Part shown: positions 20,030 to 29,544 of the stretch, one piece after another
Numbering within the stretch: position 1 is the first letter of the stretch
Layout of the letters: each line of letters starts with the position of its first letter
NCBI GenBank assembly: GCA_963718235.1
Contig: CAVQYR010000001.1
Span: forward strand, 480,001 to 544,000
Length of the DNA stretch: 64,000 nucleotides
DNA from: an uncultured Actinomycetota bacterium
GTDB lineage: Bacteria; Actinomycetota; Actinomycetes; JAHEKZ01
Direction: 5' to 3'
Notes under the pieces: generated by a model
Databases searched by the model: none
Seen by the model: the letters and a program-made list of their open reading frames with translations, nothing else
What the model was told of the DNA's origin: nothing
Program-made: the position numbers and the translations under genes

Positions 20030-20965
20030 GTGCCCGTTCCGAAGCTGCTCCTCGTGCTCAGCGAGAACTGGACCCTCACCTCGCCCCGAGACCTTCGGGG
20101 TCTGGTCCGGATCGCGGTCGAGGCCGAGCAGGCCGGAGTCGACGGGGTCATGCTGAGCGAGCACGTCGTGCTCGGGGGGTCGGCAGGATCCGAGGGGGTC
20201 ATGGCGAACCCCCGGGACTACGCGCTGCCGGGCAACCAGGAGCCGGACATGCCGTGGCCGAGCTCGCTGGTGCTCCTGTCGGCGATCGCGGCCGTCACCG
20301 AGCGGCTGCGGCTCGTGGCGGGGGCGATCATCGCTCCTCTTCGGCATCCGCTTCTGCTGGCGCGTGAGCTCGGCACCCTGGACCTGCTCGCCGAGGGGCG
20401 GCTCGTCGTGATCCCCACCGTGAGCTGGCACCAGGACGAGTACGACGCGCTGGGGGTGCCCTTCCGCATGCGTGGGGCGATCCTGGACGAGCAGCTGGAG
20501 GTGCTGGGCAAGGCGTGGGGGCCTGGTCCGTTCTCCCACGAGGGGTCGTTCTTCCGGTTCGACGACGTGTGGCTGGAGCCGCACCCGTACCGAGAGCAGG
20601 GTCCGGTGCTGTGGTTCGGGGGGCAGCGGATGCATGGGGCCCTGCTTCGCCGGCTGGTGCGGTACGGCTCCGGGTTCAACCCGCTCGGGCGTCCGAGCGA
20701 CGAGGACCTCGGGCTGCTCCGACAGGGCATGCTGGACGCCGGCCGCGACCCCGGTGAGCTGGAGCTCGTCGGGGGCATCCGCGGCCGCTTCCCTGACGCC
20801 GTGGGTCCAGCGGACCTCGACGAGGCGCTCGCGTCGGTGCCCAGCCAGGTGGAGCGCGGGTTCACCACGCTGTGCTTCAAACCGTCGATGTACATCGACG
20901 ACGCGCGCGACGTCGCACTGCTGTGCCGGTCCATCGCGACCAAGCTGGAGGCGCTCGGCTGCTGA
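20030..20965 (+). CDS. LLM-class flavin/F420-dependent oxidoreductase
   Basis: DGVMLSEHV, LSAIAAVTERLRL, LRHPLLLARELGTLDLLAEGRL; AGGAGG RBS before GTG 20030. Confidence 0.85.
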   Translation: MPVPKLLLVLSENWTLTSPRDLRGLVRIAVEAEQAGVDGVMLSEHVVLGGSAGSEGVMANPRDYALPGNQEPDMPWPSSLVLLSAIAAVTERLRLVAGAIIAPLRHPLLLARELGTLDLLAEGRLVVIPTVSWHQDEYDALGVPFRMRGAILDEQLEVLGKAWGPGPFSHEGSFFRFDDVWLEPHPYREQGPVLWFGGQRMHGALLRRLVRYGSGFNPLGRPSDEDLGLLRQGMLDAGRDPGELELVGGIRGRFPDAVGPADLDEALASVPSQVERGFTTLCFKPSMYIDDARDVALLCRSIATKLEALGC

Positions 20966-21016
20966 GTCCGGATCGCGCGTTTGACCTTCACAGGTCCGGT
21001 GCTGGCGGCTAACCTC

Positions 21017-21030
21017 GTACGGACCCGAAC
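21017..21030. promoter_or_regulatory. Operator copy 2 (GTACGGACCCGAAC)
   Basis: Directly after the -10-like TAACCT and before the RBS of the ADC-family gene. Confidence 0.65.
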
Positions 21031-21043
21031 GAATGGAGCTGTC

Positions 21044-21847
21044 GTGGCTGAGCTCGGTGGATTCCTACCGCCCTACACCCCCTCGGGGCGGTCGGCGCTC
21101 GTCCCCTCCCCACCGTGGCACTACTCCGGCGACCTCCTGACGGTCGAGTACCGGACCGACCCCGAGCGGGTGGCTGCCCTGCTGCCCGCCGGGGTCGATC
21201 CGGCCCCGGCGGACCCAGGCGCGGTCGCGCTGATCTGGGCCGACTGGCAGTCGTGCTCCGACGGCGGTGAGGAGCTGCTCGACCCGGCGCGCTCGCAGTA
21301 CAAGGAGGCGTTCGCCGTCGTCCGCTGCAGCCATGCAGGTGTTACCTACTCGCGGTGCGCGCTGATCTGGGTGACTACCGACTTCGCGATCGGGCGCGGG
21401 CTGCACCAGGGGTACCCGAAGAAGCTCGGGTCGATCCAGATGACCCGGCCCATGCCCCACGGGAAGGCCGCCCCGCGCGTCGGGGCCGGAGGTCGCTTCG
21501 GGGCGACGCTGGCCGCCTACGACCACCGCCTGGCCACCGCCCAGATCACCTTGACCCACCCCAACGAGACCAATGGGTTCGTCAACGACCTCCCGATGCT
21601 GCACAACCGTCAGGTCCGGGCGATCGAGCGGGACGGCGGGCTGGTCCTCGACGAGCTGATCACGATGTCGGGTTACGACGCCGACCTGGGCCAGCCCTGG
21701 GCCGCTGACGCGCAGCTCGAGCTGTCCGACTCGCCCTGGGACGAGCTCGCCTCGGTGCTGCCGGTCCGGGAGATCATCGGCGGGTTCTACCGACAGGTCG
21801 GTGTCAGCTGGAACGGCGGAACCACGGTGGAGCGCCGTCCCATCTGA
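21044..21847 (+). CDS. Acetoacetate decarboxylase-like superfamily protein (MppR/Sbi00515-like)
   Basis: PPWHYSG, ADWQ, LDPARSQYKE, RGLHQGYPKKLG (Schiff-base Lys). Confidence 0.85.
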   Translation: MAELGGFLPPYTPSGRSALVPSPPWHYSGDLLTVEYRTDPERVAALLPAGVDPAPADPGAVALIWADWQSCSDGGEELLDPARSQYKEAFAVVRCSHAGVTYSRCALIWVTTDFAIGRGLHQGYPKKLGSIQMTRPMPHGKAAPRVGAGGRFGATLAAYDHRLATAQITLTHPNETNGFVNDLPMLHNRQVRAIERDGGLVLDELITMSGYDADLGQPWAADAQLELSDSPWDELASVLPVREIIGGFYRQVGVSWNGGTTVERRPI

Positions 21848-21856
21848 CCCCCTCGC

Positions 21857-23116
21857 TCAGCGAGTGGTGACGGCGACCGGCATGCGCTTGACGCCGTTGA
21901 CGAAGTTGGAGCGCACGCGCTCGACCGAACCGTCCAGCCGTGCGGTGTCGACCCGGGCGACGAGCTCCTCGAGGGTGACCCGCAGCTCGAGCCGCGCCAG
22001 GTGTGACCCCATGCAGAAGTGCGGTCCCCCCTTGCCGAACGTGAGCAGGTCGACGCTGGGCCGGTCGAGGTCGATCTCGTCGGGGTGGTCGATGGCCCGT
22101 TCGTCGCGGTTGCCCGCCGCGAACCAGATCGCGACCTTGTCGCCGGCCTTCATCTGCACACCGTTGAGCTCGACGTCCTTGGTTGTCGTGCGCCGCATGT
22201 GGTGCACCGGCGGTCCCCAGCGCAGCATCTCGTCGAGAGCCGGTCCTTGCAGCAGCTCCGGCTGCTCCTGCAGGCGCACGAGAACCTGTGGTTGGTCGAT
22301 CAGCGTGAGCATGGCCAGCGTGATGGCCTGCCGGGTGGTCTCCTGGCCCGCCAGGGCGAGCAGCAGGAAGTAGTTGTCGAGGTCCTGCTGGGTGAGCTTC
22401 TCTCCCTCGACCTCCGCCTGGACCAGCCGGGTGATCACGTCGTCGGTCGGCTGAGCCCGACGTTGGGCCTGAACCTCGCGGCCGTACTCGAACACCTCGA
22501 GTGCGGCAGGGGAGCGGAACGGAACGAGTCGGTACTCCTCGCTCTCCTCAGAGCCGAGCAGGACGTCGGCGAGCTCCGGGTCGGTGTGGCCCACGAGCCG
22601 GTCCCCCCACGAGGTGAGCTGGTTGCGGTCCTCGTCGGGAACCGAAAGCAGGCGGCACAGAACGCGCACCGGAATCTCGCTGGAAACCGCGTGCACGAAG
22701 TCGAAGGTCGAGGACGCGAGTGCGTGGTCGAGGGTGTGGGCGACGATGCCCCTGAGGAAGGTCTCGTACCCGTTGATCACCCGGGGGAAGAACGCGCTGG
22801 CCGCAACCTTGCGCAGCTCGGCGTGCCGTGGCGGGTCGGTGTCGATGAGTGCGCGGCGCACCTTGAGCTGCTCGTCGTCGAGCTCCTCGAGGGACACCCC
22901 TCGGCTCGACGTGAAGGTCTCCCAGTCGCGGCTGACGTGGACGATGTCGGCGTGCCGGGTCACCGACCAGAATCCGGTGTGCGGCGCATCCTCCGGGGTC
23001 CACGCAACGGGCGCCTCGTCGCGCAGATGCTTGTACAGGGCCCACGGAGGTCCGGCCGAGAAGGTGTCAGGGTCGGCCAAGGGTGCAGCCAGTGCGCCGC
23101 CGTCCGGAGTGGTCAT
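21857..23116 (-). CDS. Cytochrome P450, paralogue of 17267-18514
   Basis: AGQETT, EMLRW, FGKGGPHFCMG; ATG 23116 preceded by GGAAGG. Confidence 0.92.
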   Translation of the reverse strand: MTTPDGGALAAPLADPDTFSAGPPWALYKHLRDEAPVAWTPEDAPHTGFWSVTRHADIVHVSRDWETFTSSRGVSLEELDDEQLKVRRALIDTDPPRHAELRKVAASAFFPRVINGYETFLRGIVAHTLDHALASSTFDFVHAVSSEIPVRVLCRLLSVPDEDRNQLTSWGDRLVGHTDPELADVLLGSEESEEYRLVPFRSPAALEVFEYGREVQAQRRAQPTDDVITRLVQAEVEGEKLTQQDLDNYFLLLALAGQETTRQAITLAMLTLIDQPQVLVRLQEQPELLQGPALDEMLRWGPPVHHMRRTTTKDVELNGVQMKAGDKVAIWFAAGNRDERAIDHPDEIDLDRPSVDLLTFGKGGPHFCMGSHLARLELRVTLEELVARVDTARLDGSVERVRSNFVNGVKRMPVAVTTR

Positions 23117-23142
23117 GTGATCGCCTTCCCGCCGGAAAAGTT

Positions 23143-23156
23143 GTTCGTTGCCAAAC
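23143..23156. promoter_or_regulatory. Operator copy 3 (GTTCGTTGCCAAAC)
   Basis: Between the divergent P450 and GATase genes. Confidence 0.6.
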
Positions 23157-23229
23157 GTTCTCGCAGCGGGGATGCTAGAGCCTCGATCGGTTGTTCGGAA
23201 GGGCAAGACGTCGCTGATTGGGGTGGGCC

Positions 23230-23940
23230 GTGCGCGTGCTGTTCGTCCAGCAGGACCACGTGTCTCCCACCGGACCGGTGGGAGACGCCTTCGCGTCCCG
23301 GGGATACGACGTCCAGGAGTTCCTGGTCGTTCCCGAGGAGCACTTCCACGCACCAGCCGTCGTAGCCGACTTCCCGGATCCCCTGTCCTATGACGCGCTG
23401 GTGCCGATGGGCGCGCCCTGGTCGGTGTACGACCACGACACGATCGGCACGTGGATTCGCGACGAGATCGACTTCCTGCGCACGGCTCACGAGGCGGGTG
23501 TGCCGATCCTGGGCATCTGCTTCGGCGGCCAGGCGCTGGCGGCCGCGCTGGGCGGTGCGGTCATTCCGGCGGAGCGCCCTGAGGTCGGTTGGACGACGGT
23601 CGACACCGACCGGCCCGACCTGGTCGAACCGGGGCCGTGGTTCCAGTGGCACGGCGACCGGTGGGTGCTGCCCGAGGGTGTGCCCGCCTTCGCCCGCACC
23701 GAGCTCGCCGACCAGGCGTTCGTGGTGGAGCGCTCGCTCGGCCTCCAGTTCCATCCCGAGCTGACGCCCTCGATGCTCGACGGCTGGCTGGACAACGGCG
23801 GAGACGAGCACGCCGCCGCGCTCGGGATCGACGCCCAGCAGCTGCGGGACGAGACAGCGCGCGGAGCCGCCGAGGCGGCCGAGCGAGCAACCCGCCTGGT
23901 CGACGTCTTCCTCGACCGTGTGGCCACGGCCGGTCGGTGA
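23230..23940 (+). CDS. Type 1 glutamine amidotransferase-like (gamma-glutamyl hydrolase candidate)
   Basis: ILGICFGGQ, EVGW, QWHGD, LQFHPE. Confidence 0.88.
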   Translation: MRVLFVQQDHVSPTGPVGDAFASRGYDVQEFLVVPEEHFHAPAVVADFPDPLSYDALVPMGAPWSVYDHDTIGTWIRDEIDFLRTAHEAGVPILGICFGGQALAAALGGAVIPAERPEVGWTTVDTDRPDLVEPGPWFQWHGDRWVLPEGVPAFARTELADQAFVVERSLGLQFHPELTPSMLDGWLDNGGDEHAAALGIDAQQLRDETARGAAEAAERATRLVDVFLDRVATAGR

Positions 23941-24083
23941 CGACGGTGCGCGCGCGACCCGCTCCCCACGATGCGCCTGGGCCGGCGTCGACCGACACCT
24001 GCGACCCGGCGTCCTGTCCGTGCCTGGTCGGGACATGCACCCTGAGCCGAGTCGCTCGAGCAGTGGCAGGAGAGGATGAGCTC

Positions 24084-24602
24084 ATGGCCGGCCAGCACAC
24101 GCTCACCGAGACCGAGCGCGCCGTGGGTGACCGACTCGCGTCGATGTCGCTCGACATGGCGGCCATGGCAGCTGTGAGCAACATCTACCGCGCGGCGGGG
24201 GCGATCCGGAACCGGTTCGAGCGAACCGTTCTCGCGCCGGCCGACCTCACCTGGACGGCCTGGGTCGTCCTGTGGGTCGTGTGGATCTGGGAGGACATCG
24301 AGTCCCGGCACGTCGCTACGGAGGCCGGGATCTCCAAGGGGACCCTCACGGGCGTGGCGAGCACCCTGGAGCGTCGCGGTCTGCTTCGCCGCCGGACCCA
24401 CCCCGACGACGCACGGCGAGTTCTGCTCTCGCTCACACCGGCCGGCAAGCGCCTGATGGGAAAGCTGTTCCCGCAGTTCAACGCGCAGGAGGCCGAGGTC
24501 GTCCAGCCGCTCGGCGCACGTGAGACCCAGGTTCTGACCACGGCGCTGCGCAAGATCGTGATGGGCCTGGAGGAGCCGACCGAATCCCCCGCGACTTCTT
24601 GA
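24084..24602 (+). CDS. MarR family transcriptional regulator
   Basis: DLTWTAWVVL...GISKGTLTGVASTLERRGLLRRRTHPDDARRVLLSLTPAG winged helix. Confidence 0.9.
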   Translation: MAGQHTLTETERAVGDRLASMSLDMAAMAAVSNIYRAAGAIRNRFERTVLAPADLTWTAWVVLWVVWIWEDIESRHVATEAGISKGTLTGVASTLERRGLLRRRTHPDDARRVLLSLTPAGKRLMGKLFPQFNAQEAEVVQPLGARETQVLTTALRKIVMGLEEPTESPATS

Positions 24603-24638
24603 CGCCCTTCTCGACGTCACATATGTTCGGCCCCGAAC
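24599..24638 (+). promoter_or_regulatory. Sigma-A-type promoter (TTGACG-N17-TATGTT) overlapped by operator copy 4 (GTTCGGCCCCGAAC, 24625-24638)
   Basis: Canonical 17-bp spacing; the operator with perfect arms overlaps the -10 element, a repressor geometry. Confidence 0.75.
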
Positions 24639-24689
24639 GATTTTCCTCGGGAGCGCACACCCTCGATTCGCCGGCTCGGGAGGCGACAC

Positions 24690-26156
24690 ATGACGATGGC
24701 CACGGTCGACGGCGTCGCGGTCGACACCCGGCACTGGATCGGTGGTCGTCGGGTCGAGAGCGCAGAGACCTTCGACGACGTGTCGCCCATCGACGAGCAG
24801 GTGATCGCCCAGGTCTCGCGGGGCCGTTCCGACGTGGCCGATGCTGCGGTGGCCGCGGCGCGAGACGCGTTTCCCGCGTGGGCGGCCACGTCACCGGAGG
24901 AGCGCTCGCGCATCCTCCATGCCGTTGCGGACGGCGTGGAGGCTCGGCTGGAGGACCTCGCCCGCCTCGAGACCCGTGACAACGGGTCCCTGATCCGGTC
25001 GCACCGTCGCGGCGTCATGCCCCGCGTGGCGATGAACTTCCGGTTCTTCGCCGACCACCTGCTGAAGCTGCACCACGACGACTTCGAGACGCGAGGGCAC
25101 CGCAACCACGTCAGCTGGGACCCGGCCGGGGTCACCGCCGTCATCACGCCGTGGAACGCTCCACTGATGCTGGCCACGTGGCGGATCGCGCCGGCCCTGG
25201 CAGCCGGGAACACCGTGGTGGCCAAGCCGCCGGAGTGGGCGCCGCTCACGGCCTCTCTGTTGGCCGACATCGCTGCTGAGGCCGGGCTGCCCGACGGGGT
25301 GTTCAACGTCGTGCAGGGGTTCGGGGCGGAGGCAGGCGCACCGATCGTGGAGCACCGCGACGTCCGCCGGATCAGCTTCACCGGCTCGGTGCCGACCGCA
25401 CGGACGATCGGTGCCGCTGCAGCCGCCAACGTCACCCCGGTCTCGTTCGAGCTGGGCGGCAAGTCCCCGCTCCTCGTCTTCGAGGACGCCGACCTCGACC
25501 TCGCCGTCGACCTCGCCGTCGAGCAGTACGACAACACGGGCCAGGTGTGCCTGGCGGCCGTCCGTCTCCTCGTCCACGAGTCGCTGGCCGACCAGTTCAC
25601 CGAGGCCTTCCTGGCCAGGGCGGCGTCGATCAGGCAGGGCGATCCCCGCGACGAGACCACCGACATCGGGCCCCTGATCAGCCGCCGGCACTTCGAGCGG
25701 GTCGACGGGTTCGTCCAGCGCGCCAAGGCGAGTGGTGCCACCGCGCTGCTGGGAGGGGGACCCAACGCCGACCTCGGTGGTCTCTACTACCGGCCCACCC
25801 TGTTCGTGGGGGCAGCCCCGGCGAGCGAGATCCTGTGCGACGAGGTGTTCGGTCCGGTGCTCACCCTGCAGACCTTCCGCACCGAGGCCGAGGCCGTGGC
25901 CATGGCCAACGCCACGAGGTACGGCCTGGCCGCGACGCTCGTCACCGGTGACCGGGCACGCGCCGAACGCGTGAGCAGCCAGCTCTCCGCCGGCACCGTC
26001 TGGGTCAACTGCTTCTTCGTGCGTGACCTGAGTGCCCCGTTCGGCGGCAACGGCGACTCCGGGATCGGACGCGAGGGCGGCACCTGGAGCTTCGACTTCT
26101 ACTGCGACGTGAAGAACAGCGTCTTCGCACCGAAGGGATGGATCGACCATGGGTGA
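24690..26156 (+). CDS. Aldehyde dehydrogenase, 2-hydroxymuconic semialdehyde dehydrogenase (HpaE/XylG)-like
   Basis: ITPWNAP, SFTGS, FELGGKSP, GQVCLA, EVFGPV, WVNCFFVRDLSAPFGG. Confidence 0.88.
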   Translation: MTMATVDGVAVDTRHWIGGRRVESAETFDDVSPIDEQVIAQVSRGRSDVADAAVAAARDAFPAWAATSPEERSRILHAVADGVEARLEDLARLETRDNGSLIRSHRRGVMPRVAMNFRFFADHLLKLHHDDFETRGHRNHVSWDPAGVTAVITPWNAPLMLATWRIAPALAAGNTVVAKPPEWAPLTASLLADIAAEAGLPDGVFNVVQGFGAEAGAPIVEHRDVRRISFTGSVPTARTIGAAAAANVTPVSFELGGKSPLLVFEDADLDLAVDLAVEQYDNTGQVCLAAVRLLVHESLADQFTEAFLARAASIRQGDPRDETTDIGPLISRRHFERVDGFVQRAKASGATALLGGGPNADLGGLYYRPTLFVGAAPASEILCDEVFGPVLTLQTFRTEAEAVAMANATRYGLAATLVTGDRARAERVSSQLSAGTVWVNCFFVRDLSAPFGGNGDSGIGREGGTWSFDFYCDVKNSVFAPKGWIDHG

Positions 26157-27099
26157 GGTCGTCGGCGCCGGGATCCTCGCGCACGTCCCGACCATCATGC
26201 TTCCCCCGGAGACCCGGTTGGCCCTCAACGCGGGCCGAGAGATCAGTCTCGTCCCGGCATTGCACCAGCTGCGGCGGGAGGTGTTCGAGACCCTCGACTA
26301 CGACACGGTCGTGGTGCTGGACTCCCACTGGTTCACCACGGTGGAGTTCGTCGTGACCGCCCAGGGTCGCCGGGCGGGGCTGTTCACCGCCGAGGAGCTG
26401 CCGAGAGGCATGACCCGGATCCCCTACGACTGGGTCGGTGACCCCGAGCTGGCCGAGACGATGGCTGGGCTTGGGCCCAGGCACAGCACGTGGGTCACCG
26501 CCAACGACGATCCCTACCTCCCGCTCTACTATGCGACCCTGAACCTCTGGAAGTTCCTCGGTGAGGGTCTCGACAAGCGGTGGGTCACCGTCAGTACCTG
26601 CCAGACGGGGGAGACCGAGGACTTCCTGCGCGCCGGTCGCGCCCTGGGCGACGCCATCGAGCAGACTGACCGCAAGGTGCTGCTGGTCGCGTCCGGAGCG
26701 TTGTCGCACACCTTCTGGAAGCTGCGCGAGCTGCGTGACCACGAGGCCAGCGACCCCGAGCACATCCGGACCCCCGAGGCGTACGCCGCTGACCTGGAGC
26801 GGATCGCCTGGTTCGAGCAGGGGGACCACGCCCAGGTACTCGCGACGATGCCGGAGTTCCTGAAGTACAGACCGGAGGCGATGTTCGCCCACTACCTGAT
26901 GATGGCTGGGGCGCTCGGTGAGGACCGGCTGGCGGCTCCTGCGCGCCGGTTCGGCGAGTACGAGAACTCGATCGGAACCGGACAGGTCCACCTCTGGTTC
27001 GACCGGCCGTCGGGCGGTTTCCCCCGACCGGCGAGCACACCGAGCGACCCCGAGTACGTCCGCCAGATGGGTGGACCCGACCTGGTGGCCGCGGGCTGA
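26149..27099 (+). CDS. Extradiol ring-cleavage dioxygenase, LigB/HpaD-type
   Basis: AHVPTI, DSHW, GDPELA, ASGALSHTF. Confidence 0.85.
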   Translation: MGEVVGAGILAHVPTIMLPPETRLALNAGREISLVPALHQLRREVFETLDYDTVVVLDSHWFTTVEFVVTAQGRRAGLFTAEELPRGMTRIPYDWVGDPELAETMAGLGPRHSTWVTANDDPYLPLYYATLNLWKFLGEGLDKRWVTVSTCQTGETEDFLRAGRALGDAIEQTDRKVLLVASGALSHTFWKLRELRDHEASDPEHIRTPEAYAADLERIAWFEQGDHAQVLATMPEFLKYRPEAMFAHYLMMAGALGEDRLAAPARRFGEYENSIGTGQVHLWFDRPSGGFPRPASTPSDPEYVRQMGGPDLVAAG

Positions 27100-27115
27100 C
27101 CACCGAAGGAGCAGC

Positions 27116-27961
27116 GTGACCGAGTACCGACGCATCGTGCTGGACGGCAACGTCGTCCGGGTCAGGCGTGAGGGCAACACCCTGCGGTCAGCAGACGGGC
27201 GCGAGACGTCGGTCGACGAGGCTATCCATCTCCCGCCGGTCGAGCCGACCAAGATCGTGGCCGTGCACCTGAACCACATCAGCCGGGTGAACGAGTTCCA
27301 GATCGGGCTGCCGACCACGCCGACCTACTTCCACAAGCCCATCTCGTCGTTGAACGCGCACAAGGGCGCGGTGGTACGTCCCGAGCGGTGCAAGTGGCTG
27401 AACTACGAGGGCGAGGTGGCGATCGTCATCGGTCGTACCGCCCGTAACATCTCCCCGGCGGAGGCGGGCGACTACATCGCCGGCTACACGGTGGCCAACG
27501 ACTACGGGCTGCACGACTTCCGCGACACCGACGCGGGGTCGATGCTGCGGGTGAAGGGGTCGGACACGCTGTGTCCACTCGGTCCCGGTCTGGTGACCGA
27601 CTGGGACTTCCGGGGCAAGGGCCTGCGCACCCTGGTCAACGGCGAGGTGCGCCAGGACGGGAACACCGACGAGATGACCTGGGACATGCACTACCTCGTC
27701 GCCGACATCGCCCGCACGATCACCCTGGTACCGGGCGACGTGCTGCTGTCCGGCACGCCGGCGAACTCCCGCACGGTCTACCCGGGCGACGTCGTCGAGG
27801 TGGAGGTCGAGGGGCTGGGAACCCTGAGCAACCACATCGTGCAGGGGCCGGTGCCCATCCGCGACGACGTGGGCGCCCAGCCCACCGAGTCCGAAGAGGT
27901 GCTGTCCACGGCCCTCGGCGGAGACTGGGAGTTTCGGGGCGTGCGCGCTCCACAGCGGTGA
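27116..27961 (+). CDS. Fumarylacetoacetate hydrolase family (HpaG-like)
   Basis: YFHKP, YEGEVAIVIG, GYTVANDYG, TLVPGDVLLSGTP. Confidence 0.88.
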   Translation: MTEYRRIVLDGNVVRVRREGNTLRSADGRETSVDEAIHLPPVEPTKIVAVHLNHISRVNEFQIGLPTTPTYFHKPISSLNAHKGAVVRPERCKWLNYEGEVAIVIGRTARNISPAEAGDYIAGYTVANDYGLHDFRDTDAGSMLRVKGSDTLCPLGPGLVTDWDFRGKGLRTLVNGEVRQDGNTDEMTWDMHYLVADIARTITLVPGDVLLSGTPANSRTVYPGDVVEVEVEGLGTLSNHIVQGPVPIRDDVGAQPTESEEVLSTALGGDWEFRGVRAPQR

Positions 27962-27999
27962 CATCCACTCACATCGAACAGCAGCGATCAGGAGGGTTC

Positions 28000-28194
28000 A
28001 TGAAGGTCGTCGTCGACATGGACAAGTGCCAGGACCACGGGCAGTGCGCCTTCGAGGCGCCCGAGGTCTTCCAGATCGACGCCGGGACCGGCAAGCTCGT
28101 GGTCCTGACCGACGAGCCGGACGAGGCGCTGCGCGACAAGGTCGAGGCCGCCGCCGACGTCTGCCCGGTCCAGGCCATCGAGATCGTGGACTGA
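28000..28194 (+). CDS. Ferredoxin ([3Fe-4S]-type, P450-associated)
   Basis: CQDHGQC...CPVQAI, 64 aa; AGGAGG RBS. Confidence 0.9.
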   Translation: MKVVVDMDKCQDHGQCAFEAPEVFQIDAGTGKLVVLTDEPDEALRDKVEAAADVCPVQAIEIVD

Positions 28195-28198
28195 CCGG

Positions 28199-29418
28199 AT
28201 GACCCGTGTCGTCGTCGTCGGGGCCGGCATGGCGGGACTGCGCACTTCGGAGTCCCTGCGCAAGAGTGGCTACGACGACGAGCTCGTCGTCGTCGGCGAG
28301 GAGATCCACCTGCCGTACAACCGGCCCCCGCTGTCCAAGGAGGTGCTGGCCGCAGAGGTGCACCACGAGAAGGTGGCCTTTCCGCTGCGCACTGCCCTGG
28401 GCGAGATCGACTGGCGGCTCGGCTGCCGGGCCACGGGACTCGACCGGGACAGGCGCGCAGTCACCCTCGACGACGGCGAAGTGCTGGAGTTCGACGGGCT
28501 GGTGGTGGCCACCGGCCTCCGTCCACGGCGCCTCGACCTGCCCGGCCCGCCGCCCGACCCGGCAGCGGGTCGCCATGTCCTGCGGACGCTGGATGACGCG
28601 GCCCGACTGCGCGACGAGCTCGTCCCGGGAGCCCGGGTCGTCGTGCTCGGGGCCGGCTTCATCGGCTGCGAGGTCGCTGCCACGGCCCGCGGACTCGGCT
28701 GCGACGTCGTCAGTGTGGCGATCGACCCCTTCCCGATGGTGCGTCCGCTGGGTCCTGCTCTGGGCGCGGAGATGCAGCGTCGGCACGAGGAGCAGGGCGT
28801 GCGGTTCCGGCTCGGCGTGGGGATCGTCGGGTACACCGGCGACGACCGAGTCACGGGTGTGGAGCTCGCCAACGGCGAGACCCTGCGGGCCGATGTGGTC
28901 GTCGAGGCGATCAGCAGCCACTGCAACACCGAGTGGCTGGCGGGCTCGGGGTATGACCTCACGGACGGGCTCTCTGTGCGACAACGTGCTGCGGGTGGTG
29001 CGTCGAGGACGGTGTCGTGGAGGACGGAGTCCACGTCGTCGGTGACCTTGCACGCTTCCCCAACCCGCTCTTCGACGACGTCCCGCGTCGGGTCGAGCAC
29101 TGGAACATCCCTACCGAGACGGGTAAGCGGGTCGGGCCCGCCTTGGCGGCGTACCTGCGTGGTGACGGCTACGACGAGGCGCTCAGCAAGTCGTTTGCGC
29201 CCCTTCCGGCGTTCTGGTCCGACCAGTACGACATTCGGCTCCAGTCCTACGGCATGCCCGGCCTGGCCGACCCCGAGGGGATCGCGGTCCTCGAGGGTGA
29301 CCTGTCCGGGGAGGTCGTGGTCGGGTACCACCGCGGCGACATTCTCGTGGGTGTGGTCGGCCTGGGCATGCTGCCACGCGTCAACAGCTATCGGCCACTG
29401 ATCGGCACGGTTGCATAA
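28199..29418 (+). CDS. Ferredoxin reductase; frameshift near 28970
   Basis: GAGMAG, PYNRPPLSK and GAGFIGCE in the first frame; VVGDLA, RVEHW and FWSDQY in the second. Confidence 0.88.
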
Positions 29419-29499
29419 CGGCTCGGGCGAACTGGTGAGTAGTTCCCTCGAAAGCCTTGACAAGACCCCGTAATCCCGAGACTCTCGGCGCAATCTTTC

Positions 29500-29513
29500 G
29501 TTCGGCCCCATAC
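29500..29513. promoter_or_regulatory. Operator copy 5 (GTTCGGCCCCATAC, flanked by TTTC...GAAA)
   Basis: Downstream of TTGACA (29457) and ~30 nt before the permease start. Confidence 0.65.
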
Positions 29514-29544
29514 GAAACCAGACCCCTCGACTCTGGAGAACCGC

